Origin: Camelus dromedarius
Taxonomy: Eukaryota
Length of the DNA stretch: 64,000 nucleotides
Assembly (NCBI RefSeq): GCF_036321535.1
Contig: NC_087436.1
Location: 37,698,001 to 37,762,000, forward strand
Reading direction: 5' to 3'
The notes under the pieces were generated by a model. The model did not search any database and had not been told where the DNA came from. It was given only the letters and a program-made list of their open reading frames with translations. Below, one piece after another: positions 50,641-64,000 of this stretch. How positions within the stretch are numbered: position 1 is the stretch's first letter; every line of letters begins with the position of its first letter. Made by a program: the position numbers and the translations under genes.

Positions 50641-53600
50641 CTCTGTGGCAGACCTCATCTCTGCCCCCTTTCTTACAGGCCTTGGGGTTCATTGCCCACT
50701 GCTCTCCTGCATTTCCTGTCTCTTTAGGGTCTTCTGGGTGCTTGCCATCACTGTGGATCAGACAAGATTCCCTCCTGCCTTCCTCTAGCCAGCGCTATCT
50801 CACCTCCCATGCATGCAAAGCCGCAATGGCCTGAGATATTTAGGTGGTTCCATAGCAAATATTTAATTTATTTTAATGTTTATGAGATAAAAGACATAAC
50901 CAGCATGTGAAACAGATATTACTGTTTAGGTTGTTAATTTCCTTTTTAAGCAAGCTATTTAGTAAAAAAAAAAAATGTAGGTCTACAGTTTAAACAAATC
51001 AAGTAAGTGATAGTAAAGTGCAAGTAAATATGGAAAACTTTTGGAAAATTCTCCTTTAAGGCATATTGGCTCAACTCCCACTTTGTACAAGTACACAATC
51101 CAATTTATCTTCTCTCCTTTTACTAAGAGGACCTTTCTAACTTCAAGATCCTCCCTGATTCAACTTTCTGTCATCTTTCCTTTCACTCAAATTGCCCATG
51201 AAAATCAAACAACTCTTTGAAGCTTTTCTAACTGCTAGTGAGATGGAAATTCTTGAAACAGGCTACTCGTCCACCTCCATCCTGTCCCCCTCCCCTAGTA
51301 AATGTCGTTGTACCTTTCTGTTTTCTCATTACGTAAATACTGACCAACGTTATCTCCAGATTTTGTGTTAAGTCCTATATCATCCCTTTTTTCTTGGGCT
51401 TCTCAGCTCCTCTGGTGCACTGGCTCCTCTGTATTCTCCTGCATCCTTCACTTCTCAGGTCCTCTGCCCCCAAGCCCTTTACTGACTCTCCTTAACCCTC
51501 ATCATTTTACCGCCTGTCTTTATTTTCTTATCACTCTCGATTTTAAGTTCTTAAATACTACCTCCCTTCTCTTCGTTCTTTTCCTCCTCTTTATCCCTGC
51601 CTCCCACTGCCTTTATTCTTCCTCATCTTGTGTTTTTCCCCCTACATGTGTCTTGTTGGACTTGCCTTGAAATACAGAGGGAGAGCAAGTAGGAGACTGG
51701 TTAATGTGTTTGCTCATGTAAAGATGAAGAGAGTCAGGCATTTTAGCACTTTTGAAGTTCTTTCTGCACTTGGATCCTGCTTGATTTGTATCACCTATTC
51801 CCTTAAGAACATTCTCACTCAAAATAAATTACAAACATTTTGGTCTGGAATTGATGGGGTATAAGATTATCTTTAGTTCTTGAAAGAGACTTTGTGTTGA
51901 ACACAAATTACATATTCCTCATAAGTCAGTGTGCCATTTCCCACGTAGATAAGTCTTTGAAAAGTTCTTTCAAAATCAGAATGATTTTCCTCTGTTTTGA
52001 CAGATATACAAATGAGTTCTTTGGAGTTTAGTGTTTCAAATGACCTCTGAGTTTCTAACCTCTTTGAATTTTCATAATGTTATTCTCTTCTAATTGCAGA
52101 AAAATGTCTAACCCCTAAATTTTCAGTTTCTTCACAGTAGGAGTTCCCCTGGATTTTGACCGAGTAGTTTAAGGTTTGGGGATTGGAAGTGATACAATAT
52201 CACTAGGATTATCACATTAATAAAAATGTATAAACTTAGAAATATAGACAGCTACTGATAAAATGCTAGGAAGTCAAAGGAGAAAAACTCAAGGCTCTTA
52301 TTGGTAATATTTTATGGAGAGAACATGTCATATAAGGAATAATCTGAAGAAATGAAGTGGATTTAGACTATACAGTCTAAGTTTACATTTGTGGAAATCA
52401 AATTTTTCTTTCATAACACCAAGAGTTTTCAGACTTCACATCAGACTCTATCCGAATGAAAGCTGTTTCCCCCAAATAATTTCATTGGTTAATTTACAAT
52501 TTATTAGCCAGAAAAGAAGAGGCTTTACTGCTTTTAAATGACTTGAAATAATGCAATTTTTTTCTTCAATAGAGCATATGAGAGTTGAGAAGTTGTGCTC
52601 ATAAAATGAAAACCACCTCTGTTTCTCATTACCTTCCACATACAGATTTTGAATTTATAGGGTAGTGATTCATATTTGATCTAGTTTCATAAAAGAATCT
52701 GATTTGGCACGATGAAGTAAATATTAATACCTTTGTTTCCTAGATGTGATATTTAAGTATAGAAATGTGAAAAAATCCAGTGTCAACTGGTCTAATCCAA
52801 TAAGGAATTTAATATATTTGAGTCTGTTAACACACACTGAGAAACCTTAACAGAATTTACGCATCATGCTATTCTAGTCAAGAAAAGTTTTATTTTCTCA
52901 AAGGGAAAATTTTTATATACCAGACTATCAAGAAACAGTTAAACCTGGATGTTGATATGACTGAAATTGACTTATTCTTGAATTCTGTAGTTCACTCCCC
53001 ACATATGTGAGGGACTACCTTGAATTCATTCCAAAAGAAGAGGAGAGAGTTTCAGAGCAAAAAGCACTGCCTGGGTTCAAATTTCTTCTTGGCAAAAAAA
53101 TGTCAAGTTCTGACAGCCTCTAAGTAGCCTCGTCTCTAAAATGGGGATCATAATGATACCTACCGATGATGGCTCTTGTGGGAACAAGTGAGCAGTAACA
53201 GTAGCAGGCGTGCAGAAACCACCCAATTAAAAACTGGAATTAGACAGTCAAAAGGTTAATAAGGAGATGCCCCCCCCCCTTTTTTTTTAAGTAATTGAGC
53301 TCCAGGGTTAACAAGTTCCCTGTAATGGAAACATGGAAACTGGTAGAATCAAAGGTATATACAGTCATATGTCTGCTTTTCATGAGCTGCATATGTTAAG
53401 ATTATAAAAAATTTTGTTAGTCCTTCTGTCCGCAATATTTTTCATAGACAAGCCAGTTTGTCAAGTGCCATTAGGGAAGGACTCACACTGTGTCAACAGC
53501 ATGGAGTTTAAACGATTTTTGAGTGAAAGACTCAGGCAGCTACATCACGTTGGACTATTCCGCCTCCTTCTGGCTTAATCTTCCAGACTTGTGACCTGAG

Positions 53601-53819
53601 AAGTTTGTGGCTAGAACTGATGAATTAGCACACTTTGTGAAAACAATATGTGTGGTTAAATTTGCTCTTATAGAGTGCCAAGGAGCCACCAACCCAAATT
53701 CTGTGGTCAAATCTTTTTTTTTTTTTAATTGCTTATTAACATTAGAGAACCAGAAAAAGAAATAAATACATGAAAATAGTTGATAGAGAGGCTCCAAATA
53801 ATACATCTGGACAACCTGG

Positions 53820-53930
53820 GGAGCTGGTTAAGAGTAGAGGCTTTGGGGTCAGACAGAATGAGGTTCAGGTCACTTGTGTCCCTAAACCTCAATTTCCTCA
53901 ACTGTGAAATGCGGAAAATTACGCTTTTCA
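53820..53930 (+). mobile_element. MIR SINE fragment
   Basis: 'ggttaagagtagaggctttggggtcagacaga...cctcaatttcctcaactgtgaaatg'. Confidence 0.65.
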
Positions 53931-54018
53931 CTCTTTGTTTTAAGAAATAAACTAGATAAAATTTGTAAAAGGGAGGTTATTAGGTATACCACATTTTATA
54001 AACATGAAATTGTTCATT

Positions 54019-54118
54019 CTTTTTTCTTTTACCCTCTTAACAGAAGCACTGGGGATTGAACCCAGGACCTTATGCACACCAAGCACATGCTCTACCACTG
54101 AGCTATACCCACCACCCC
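54019..54118 (-). mobile_element. tRNA-derived short SINE (camelid Vic-1-like) with 14-bp TSD
   Basis: Minus strand reads ggggtggtgggtaTAGCTCAGTGGtagagc...GGTTCAATCCCcag (A and B boxes) plus an A-rich tail; TSD tgaaattg(t/c)tcatt at 54005-54018 and 54119-54132. Confidence 0.9.
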
Positions 54119-54254
54119 TGAAATTGCTCATTTTGGTCATCTTAAAGAGCAAGTTCTGAATGATTCCATTCATTTTATTTTTTTCACTTGCAAATGTTTT
54201 TCTGATTAAGCAGGGGCAAGTGCTTTGTGTATTTTAAGGCAAGTTGAATCCAAG

Positions 54255-54485
54255 GAATTAGACATGTGCCTACTTATGTCTCAGGCATGTTACATATCAA
54301 AAAAGTTTAATTCTGTCAATAAAATTTCTATCAGGGAAATTGTATTCCCATTTTACAGATGAGAAAACTGAGCTTCAGAGAGATTAAATAACTTTCCAAG
54401 TTCACACAGTCTCAAAGTTATGGAGTGGCACTGTAGGAAACTCTGCACAAGACCTTGGATTCAGAAGCCTGTGTTCCTTCCACTC
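54255..54485 (-). mobile_element. MIR SINE
   Basis: 'cccattttacagatgagaaaactgagcttcagagagattaaataactttccaagttcacacag'. Confidence 0.85.
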
Positions 54486-55146
54486 CATCTGAGGCCCTTC
54501 AGCTTCATAACATTGAAAAAATAACCAGCTTTTGTGTCTGAGTGGCCTTCAGGCAGTATGATATCACTGGCATGCAACTATCAGGCACTTGGGCCAAACT
54601 GCCTGCATGAAAGAGTTTTCTTAATGTCTGTGTCTAAACAAGTCGTGGGAGGTAGAAAATAAAGCAATTTTTAAAAGACCACAAATTATAGGAACATATT
54701 AATCATATCATCCTGGACTCCCTGTTATATCTAAGAATACCTTCCTACCCCTGTTTCTTTCAGCCTTTTTTCTCCTCTAGACTGGCCCAGTGTTTTTCAC
54801 ATCCCTTTTTTGGTGTGTGCACACAGCTACAATACCCTCACCACACTGCTGCTAGCTTCGCTTGCATGGTCTGCCACTGCTACATGATCAACACGGGGCA
54901 GGCTACTGAAAACAGCAGTCCATGCCGACTTGGTCAACCAGCCTGGACCAACAATGGTGGTGGAATACCACAGGCTGAGACTCAATGTCAGCAGTGGATT
55001 CCTTCTTCCAGGATGTAAGATGTACTCCAGAAATGCTTTTCTGAATTAACATTAAAAAATAGTTTTTCTATCACATTACTGATAAAGTATGATAGATCAA
55101 TTAGTAAAATCCTTCACAGGAAATGCAATGAATGAGCAGATATATA

Positions 55147-56732
55147 CAACTGACCCTTGAACAGGACAAGTTTTGTGTGTGTGTGTGTGTGTGTGTTTTA
55201 TTGAAGTATAGTCAGTTTACAATGTTGTGTCAGTTTCTGGTGTACAACGTGTTTCAGTCGTATATATACATACTTATATTCCTTTTCATATTGTTTTTCA
55301 TTACAACAAGATATTGAATATAGTTCCCTGTGCTATACAGAAGAAATTTGTTGTTTATCTATTTTATATATAGTATCTGCAAATCTCGAACTCCCAGTTT
55401 ATCCCGTCCCACTCCCTTTCCCCCCTAGTAACCATAAGTTTGTTTTCTACATCTGTGAGTCTGTTTCTCTTTTGTAAGTAAGTTCATTTCTTCCTTCCTT
55501 CCTTCCTTCCTCTCTTTCTTTCTTTCTCTTTCTTTCTTCCTTCCTTCCTTTCTTTCTTCCTTTCTTTTCTTCCTTTCTTCCTTTCTTTCTTTTTTTTAGA
55601 TTCCACTTGTCAGTGATATCATATGGTATTTTTCTTTCTCTTTCTGGCTTACTTCACTTAGAATGACATTCTCCAGGGTCATCCATGTTGATTCAAATGG
55701 CATTATTTTACTAAATTGTATGGCTGAGTAGTATTCCATTGTATAAATATACCACAATTTCTTTATCCAGTCATCTGTCAATGGGCATTTAGGTTGCTTC
55801 CATGTCTTGGCTATTGTAAATAGTGCTGCTATGAACATTGGGGTGTATGTATCTTTTCAAATTAAAGTTGAGGGATATATGTCCAGGAGTGGGATTGCTG
55901 GATCAAATGGTAACTCTATTTTTAGTTTTTTAAGGAATCTCTACACTGTTTTCCATAATGACTGCACAAAACCACTTTCCTACCAACAGTGTAGGAGGGT
56001 TCCCTTTTCTCCACACACTCTCCAGCATTTATCGTTTGTGAACATTTTTGTGATGACCATCTCGACTAGTGTGAGGTGACATCTCATTATAGTTTTGATT
56101 TGCATTTCTCTGATAATTAGCAATATTGAGCATTTTTTCATGTGCCTATTGGTCATTTGTATGTCTTCATTGGAGAATTGCTTGTTTAAGTCTTCTGCTC
56201 ATTTTTGGATTGGGTTGTTTGTTTTTCATTATTAAGTTCTGTGAGCTGTTCATATACTCTGGAAATTAAGCCCTTGCCAATCGCATCATTTGCAAATATT
56301 TTCTTCCATTCCGTAGGTTGTCTTTTTGTTTTCCTTATGGTTTCCTTTGCTGTGCAAATGCTTATAAGTTTAATTAGGTCCCATTTGTTAATTTTTGCTT
56401 ATATTTCTATTTCCTGGGTAGACTTCCATAGGAGGACATTGCTAAGATTTGTCAGAAAATGTTTTGCCTATGTTTTCTTCTAGGAGGTTTATAGTGTGTT
56501 GTCTTATGTTTAAGTCTTTAAGCCATTTTGAGTTTATTTTTTAACACTAGTTTGAACTATGGAGGTCCATTTATACATGGATTGTGGAGTTTTTTTCCAA
56601 TAAATACTATAGTATTACATGGTTCAATCAATGGATAAGGAACCTTGGATATAAAAGGCCTGAGCATCTGAGGATTTTAGTATCCATAGTGGGTCCTGGA
56701 ACCAATCCCCCAAGGATACCAAGGGGATACTG
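55147..56732. mobile_element. Tigger-family MITE (MER2/MER8/Tigger2-like) split by an L1 insertion; pieces ~55147-55173 and ~56543-56732
   Basis: Left piece TA|caactgacccttgaaca; right piece gtttgaactatggaggtccatttatac...ggtcctggaaccaatccccc...gatactg|TA. Confidence 0.75.
55174..56542 (-). mobile_element. 5'-truncated LINE-1 (camelid/cetartiodactyl type) with (TG)n tail and internal TTCC/TTTC microsatellite
   Basis: ORF track peptide [40 protein letters not shown] (ORF2 C-terminus); microsatellite ~55487-55597. Confidence 0.95.
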
Positions 56733-57628
56733 TACTTTGAAATGCAACAAATAGTGGATTTTACATAAGAGGAACCCATTTACTATAATCAAAAGAATGC
56801 CAGGAGTGTCCCCCTTAAGTGTGGCAAACAATGCTTGCTTTAATGTTTTATTTGTTTAGGTTTTACTTCTTGCCAAGAGAAATGAAACGCAAACCTCTTC
56901 TTACAACACAGTCACTCCACTCTGCCCAACCTACATATCGAATTTCTTCTTCTATATTAATTCCATTACCAAATCCATCCCAGCTAAACTCTTCTGTTTT
57001 CTGCCTCTTAATGTATCGTGGTATTTCTTTCCTCCAAACCTTTCCCAATAACATTTCTGTGGCTTTGATGCTCTCAGTCTCCTCTGCATGAACTTTCCCA
57101 ATGGTGAAAAAGTTATATGCTGCAATTTTTCCTACTCCCTTGGCAATTATCATTTGGTGTCTGATGTTGTGACCAATATTTGAGAGCCAACTACCTTGTC
57201 ACTATTGTGCTATATGCTCTCTGAGGGCAGGGGCAACATCTGTCTTTTAATAACATCCTCAGGATCTATCAGGTAATAGACACTCAATAAATATTTATTG
57301 ACTTTTCCTGGGCAAACACTATGTTTTAGATTTTGGTTGGGGGATAGGTATCTCTTTAGCATTGAATTCAGTGCCTTGAATAAAAAAATTTTTTTTGATG
57401 TACTAAATTAATCTTTGGAAATCCATGCAAAATTGTTTAAGTTTTCTAATAAAATTTTTCATCTTTTTTAATTCAGTGATTCTTTTGTAAGATGATGATT
57501 CTGATTTAAATGAAATGTATATAAATGTACTATAATGATTTACAAATTTCCCACTGTACTTCTCAAACAAGCTAAAACTCAAGAAAAATGTGTTAATCTT
57601 ATCTACACCTTTAAAATTAAATAGTGGG

Positions 57629-57954
57629 TTTTTTTGGCTTTTTTTTATTTTTTGGTGTGTGTTGATACTGTCATGTAACATTTTATCTATTTATTTATTT
57701 TTCATGAATATACATATATTCATTTTCACATTTTTTCACCATAAGTTACTACAAGATATTGAATATAGTTCCTTGTGCTATACAGCATAAATAAGTGAAG
57801 TAAGCCAGAAAAAGAAAGAAAAATACCATATGATATCACTTATATGTGGAATCTAAAAAAAAAAAAAAAAAAAAAAAAAAAGACAAATGAACTTATTTAC
57901 AAAACAGAAACAGACTCACAGACAAAGAAAACAAACTTATGGTTACCAGGAGGG
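57629..57954 (-). mobile_element. Short L1 with 5' inversion (twin-priming structure)
   Basis: Minus-strand L1 3' end (~57629-57788) joined to a plus-strand upstream L1 3' segment (~57791-57954). Confidence 0.8.
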
Positions 57955-58009
57955 TAGTGGGGGTTTTTTGTTTGCTTGTTTTTTAGTAACATTTTCTGAA
58001 TATGTCAGA

Positions 58010-58330
58010 GTCTTTGCTGTTCCTTCTTCCTTCAAACCCTCATTGACTCCACACCCCCATCCTATAACCCAAGAGTGCTGACCCATCTTCTGGGTCCCTG
58101 TTTAGATGTTACTTCCTCCAAGAATCTGTCCCTAATGTCCCACTCCCATCCTTCTCACAGACTTGCTCAGTACCTCATGGCTCCCTACTATATCACATGG
58201 TGATTACTTAATTCTCCACTAGATTAGACTCCTGAAAGCAAGCACCCTGCTTATTCTTTTTTCCCAGCAGCTAGCAGAGTGCCCGGCATGTAGCAAGTGC
58301 TCTGCAAGTATTTAGTAAGTGAATAAATGC
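58010..58330 (+). mobile_element. L2 LINE 3' end
   Basis: 'ccactagattagactcctgaaagcaag...cagagtgcccggcatgtagcaagtgctc...agtaagtgaataaatg'. Confidence 0.75.
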
Positions 58331-58784
58331 CCTCAAGAAGGATGAAAGGGGATTCAGGCCTAATGTTTCCACTGAACATTGATTCGGTGTGTAAAAGTCA
58401 TCAAATTAGAGGTCATCATTAATTTTTGAAGGGAACTTAGAGAACTTAGAGAATTGTGTAACAGCTTCTGCCGTGGAGAGGGTAGGGTGGAGAAGGGATT
58501 GAAACTGAGCCAACAGACAAAAGAATGTTTGGTACTGATTCAGGGAAAATGCCCAGGCATGCTGTGATAGTGTTTTATCCAAGCTTCAAGATTTGTATGT
58601 TGGTTTCCACCAGTTCTTTTGTCCCAGACTCCTGGAGTAGAGGTGTCCACTCCAACACTCTATAGAGTTAAGCACATGTATAGAAGGGTCTGTTTACATT
58701 GTGTAAAATAAGAAATACATTGGACAAATACATGTGACTTGGTGGCCAATCTATAAGCAGAATTCTATGATCAGCCTGTGAAGA

Positions 58785-60210
58785 CCTTTCAATCTCTTTT
58801 CATGATTAGGCCTATTCTGTATGGCACTTAGAATCATTGAGAAGCCCAAGTAGCTTTTCTCTATGTGGGTTATTTCTATCAGTTTCCAATATACTAAGAC
58901 TTAAAACAGACATTTAAAAATATTTATTAATTTCTTTTAAAGCAACTATAGTATATCTACTACATGTTGACATAAAAATCATTCTTTTCTGAAAATAACT
59001 ATACTTTCCAAGGAAATTAATTTAGTGAGAAAAGTGGCATTGTTTTACATTTTTGCAAGTCTCTTTAATGTCTGGCTTAGAAGACAGCTGGATCTGCATA
59101 GCACTTCTGTATTCAATCTGTTTCGATATGTTGTTTTGTTTGAAGTCAATGAGGAGTATCTGGTTTCACAGAGATAAGTAGTTGGACAATGAAGTAACAT
59201 TTCAAGAACCTACTCACATAATTCTGGATATTCTTCTTTGATGCTATGCCAAAACTCAACAAGTGGTAGTTTCTTAAACCTTATAATTGCAATATGGAAT
59301 ATGAAACCACATCAGTTAACTTTTCATTCTCTGTTATATTAAAATTCATTGGTCTGTCTTGTACTTTGAGTGGATTTTTAATTTTAGAACATCATGCATT
59401 ATTGGTCATTTGGAAAATGCTGGCTCACTGCATTATGCAGATCTTCCAAATGTCAATGTAGTTTATTGTACAATATCAAAAAAAACCTCCACATTAATTA
59501 AAAGGATCATAGTTCTATTAGAAAAGGGTTTATGTATTGGGAAGCTGGCAAGCTCATGGTGACAGATACAGGTTTTCTAAATTCTATATTTTTCCCTTGT
59601 AAGCTCAAATTTTTCATTGACAATAAATACTGCTGGTTATTTACCTTGAAATGACAGGCTCACTTAATTTGTTTTAAAAAAAAATGTCTGTCGAATATCC
59701 AAGTGTGAATAACCATAGTTTGTCTGTCATTTGTTTTCTTGAGTAAAAATATGTTTCATGAAAAAAAGCAGCTAGTTTAGCTCACAATTCAATTACACAA
59801 GTGTTTCAATTCAGGACTAACACTGTACTTTGGTATGCAGCAGAAGTTTTATGTGTGCCTCCCATTTTGTGATAGAGAATATTAAAAAGACAGAATCAAG
59901 GATAAAAATTTAATAATATTAATAATTTTTACTGTTTCATCAAAGACATTCTGAAGTGAAACTGACATTTTTGGCAGTGGGGGTGACAATAACTACTAGT
60001 AGGGTTTGCTGCCACTGCCCTGATTTGGGCTACGGTGCTGGCAGCTTCACCCGCCATTATTTTTGTACCATTAGTGCAAATGTCAACACCAGAACAAAAG
60101 GCAAACTGCCATCTTAGAATTAATATGATAATAACTGTGGCTTTACAGACCTCCCTGAAAGGGTCTCATGAACCCCCTAGGGGTCTTGGACCACGCTTTG
60201 AGGACTGCTG
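58785..60210 (-). mobile_element. Charlie1-type hAT DNA transposon (deletion derivative)
   Basis: Ends 'gacctccctgaaagggtctc...ggaccacgctttgaggactgctg'; internal 'gagaaaagtggcattgttttacatttttgcaagtctctttaatgtctggc' resembles recalled Charlie1. Confidence 0.8.
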
Positions 60211-61199
60211 CCTTAACATAAGGGCTAGGACTTCTCTTTAATAGACTTAAATTACACTCTTAAGTTTATAATAGTTGTGGAATTTTAATTGTTTCCCAAT
60301 TGATTGAATATTTATGAATTTCATAGTTTAAAAGTAAGTTGAGATATAAGTAATCAAATATCTGCCAAACACTTGAGTACTGTATAGTGTCTTATGCTCA
60401 CAAAACATCTGTAAACTCAGCTAATTTGTTCTGCTTTTAAACTTGGAAAAACAGACACTGAAGCTTAGTGAGATTAACCTATTTGTCCCACAGCAAATAA
60501 TTTTCAGGGTTTAGAATTAAACCCTGTCTGACTGACTACATAATGCATGTTCTAAGAAAAACAGTGCATCACCCAAGTCTCAAAATACACTGAGGATACT
60601 TGCATACATAAAGACACACAATACCGTTGGCTTTACCAATGGCATATTTTTTTGAGAAGACAGTGATATCAATCTATACAAATCCTGATGTTCAAAACAG
60701 GGATATTTGGGAGAACTTTCATAAAAATGTCTTTCACAGAGTCCTTATAGAACTTCCCCAAAGACTCCATCTGTCATTGATTGGCTGAATTAATGACAAG
60801 TCCCTTTAACATCTTTTGGACTCAGTTTCTTCCCAACGACAATTTTAAAGCACTATCTCAGCCCCTGGTTTATGTAAACTCCCACCAACCCTGTAAGATT
60901 CAAGGGGTAGATACTGTTGCCACCACTGTACTGGGCAAGAACTGACCCCAGGAGAACTTCACAGACTTCTCAACCTTTCCCTCTCCACCTGCTTTCCCCT
61001 TAGCATCACTCAGTTAAGACCAGGTGTCTCATAGAAGAAAAACAAACAAAAGTGCAACTACAAAAATACTTTTCTCATCAGTTCTCTGCATCCCTTCAGA
61101 ACCAAACTACCAGGTAAATGAGCTCCGTTCTCCGTCCCTGTCACTCCACCATCTCTACCTGCTGTTATCTGGACCCTGACACACACACAACATGAACTG

Positions 61200-62430
61200 C
61201 AATTGTTTCGGTCAAGATCACTGAGACATTCCTGAAAAGAGTAGCGGTCACTCTTTAGCCTGACTGTCTTGATCCCTCTGCCACCTTCTACCTTGGTCAC
61301 CAGCACCCCCCACCCTTGGCTTCATCAACTGCTCCCTCCATTTCCTCTTCCCTCTTGGTCTCCATCTGTCTCTTTGAAGGCTCCTCTTCCCCCATCCAGC
61401 CCTAGAACACTGGTGTTCCACCACGTTCCTGAGTCTTGTCTCCCTGGCTGCCTTCCCCCTCTCCATAGCTTCAAGAAATATCTGAATGCTGATAATTCCT
61501 GAAGGATCCCTCCAGCATGGGTCTTCTCCCCCAGGAACTCTGTTTCTGGCTGCCTACATGGTGCAGATGTCCCACATGCACCCCCAACTCAACAAGTTTA
61601 AGGCAGAATTCCTTCCTTTCCTCTTAAAACTGCTTCTCACTGTACGTTGTTTCTCTTGGCAAATGGACCATCACCTGCCTTCTTGCTGCAGCCAAAAACC
61701 TAAAAGTCAGTCCAGACTACTCCTCCTCACCATTACCTTCCATGCCCCATCAGTCATTAGTCCTGCTATTCTATTTCCTAAATATCTCTAGAGCTGCCCC
61801 AGTCTCCCAACTGGTGCTTTCACTGCCTTAGTTAGGACCTAATTTTTCCTCCAGAAATAATCTCTTCACTGTTATGTATTTGTCCACCACAGTGCTTCCA
61901 GAGGTAACTTTCCAAAACTCACATTTGATGACATTTAAAAGCCTTCAAATCTGTCCCTGTTTAATACCCTTAATAGTAGCACCTTCCAAAAGTTCTGGCT
62001 CTTTGGGCCTGTAGCGCCTGGTGTGGCCTGGCCTTGCTCAGTCCAGCAGCAATCCAGCCACAGCTAGCTTCTCCCAGTTCCCAGGACACACTGTACACTT
62101 TGAAATTTTTCCTACCTTTCCACTTGCTTCTCTTTGTGGAAGTGCTTTCCTCCCCCTTTCTTGTTTGCCTGGCATTCTCTTCCTCATTAGAACTCTGCAC
62201 TGAAATTTCTACCAAGAGTACCTTCTAAAGGGACGTTAGCTGTTTCCTTTTCCATGCCTCTGTGGGAACAAGCACAAACATACATTATAGCACTAATCAT
62301 GTTTTCACTGATGCCTCTGTCTCCTCATCAGGCTGTGAACGCCCTAAAGGCCAGCACTATGTCTTACCTTGAAATCTCAGCACCAAGCCATATATAGTAC
62401 ACAGTAGGCACCTAAGAAATGTTTGTTGAT
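61200..62430 (+). mobile_element. L2 LINE fragment(s)
   Basis: 'cagatgtcccacatgcacccccaactcaacaag...' and tail 'atatagtacacagtaggcacctaagaaatgtttgttgatgaa'. Confidence 0.7.
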
Positions 62431-63109
62431 GAAGTCTCCAACGACTCATTTGAGGCCATATCTCATAAGTGCAGAAGTCACTACTCCAGATCTTCTGAGC
62501 AGAGATCCAAAGGTCCTTTTTCTCCCACCTCATTCTCTCATCTACTAAAAATGTTTGCACAGTGATCTCAATGTCCCTTTTAGCGTTTAAAAATTCTAAG
62601 GCTTTTACAAAATGATTTTGTGGAGTATGATTGGTTTCATAAATCCACCTACTGCAGTGTTCTCATCTAGTAATCACAAAACTTCAGGAGCTGTGTTGGA
62701 CTGCCCTCTATGACCAGGTATTCAACAAAACTACGACCTTGACAGGGTGGATTTTCATCTTATCTTCATTTCTTTGTGGCTATGAGAAGCAGGCAAGTAT
62801 TTTCTCATTTTCTCATGGACGCTGTATCTTAATAAATCAAAAAATAAATTCAAGAGCCTAAACAACAGGAAACTATGTTTGCTGGAAACTAGGTTCACAG
62901 TAGTGAGAATGTGAGATCACTAAATCACTCAGGTTTTTTTCTTCTTTCTCCTAGGTTTTCCTGTGCCCAGGCCAGGTTGCTAATCAGGTAACTTCTTATC
63001 ATAATTACCTAGTCAGTCTTAATGGCTTCACACACTCTGCTCTGTCTCTCTCTGGTCCAGTAGGGCCGCTCTTCAATTGTTAAAACAGCTGCTGAGTTTC
63101 AAACCAGAG

Positions 63110-64000
<891 letters not shown>

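Noticed and set aside
54019..54118. Possible tRNA gene
   Set aside because: Has a TSD and A-rich tail and lacks a proper acceptor stem, so it is a SINE.

Overview
Mammalian genomic DNA, most likely a camelid, judged by a short tRNA-derived Vic-1-type SINE and cetartiodactyl-type L1 3' ends. The first ~19 kb holds the last six coding exons and 3' UTR of TNIP3 (ABIN-3) on the + strand, spliced by hand: 254-373, 3262-3387, 7115-7165, 8066-8164, 11027-11087 and 17669-17697. The UBAN/AHD2 'DFKKER' motif is intact. From about 19 to 63 kb the window is intergenic and rich in old repeats (L1, L2, MIR, MaLR LTRs, Tigger and hAT DNA transposons). It ends in a CpG-island promoter that, from recalled mammalian synteny, should be the NDNF 5' end. 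No novel protein-coding system is supported: almost every ORF in the track is spurious or repeat-derived. The most interesting signals are regulatory or structural. They are (i) an intronic cluster with two overlapping STAT/NF-kB composite sites plus AP-1 sites, (ii) a sharply CpG-rich patch right after the TNIP3 stop codon, (iii) a candidate alternative Cys-rich terminal exon, (iv) a (GT)49-(CG)8 Z-DNA tract next to G4 motifs in the downstream promoter, (v) several TA-centred fold-back palindromes, and (vi) a twin-primed L1 and an L1 nested in a Tigger MITE. Repeat subfamily names are from recall of consensus sequences, and repeat boundaries are approximate.
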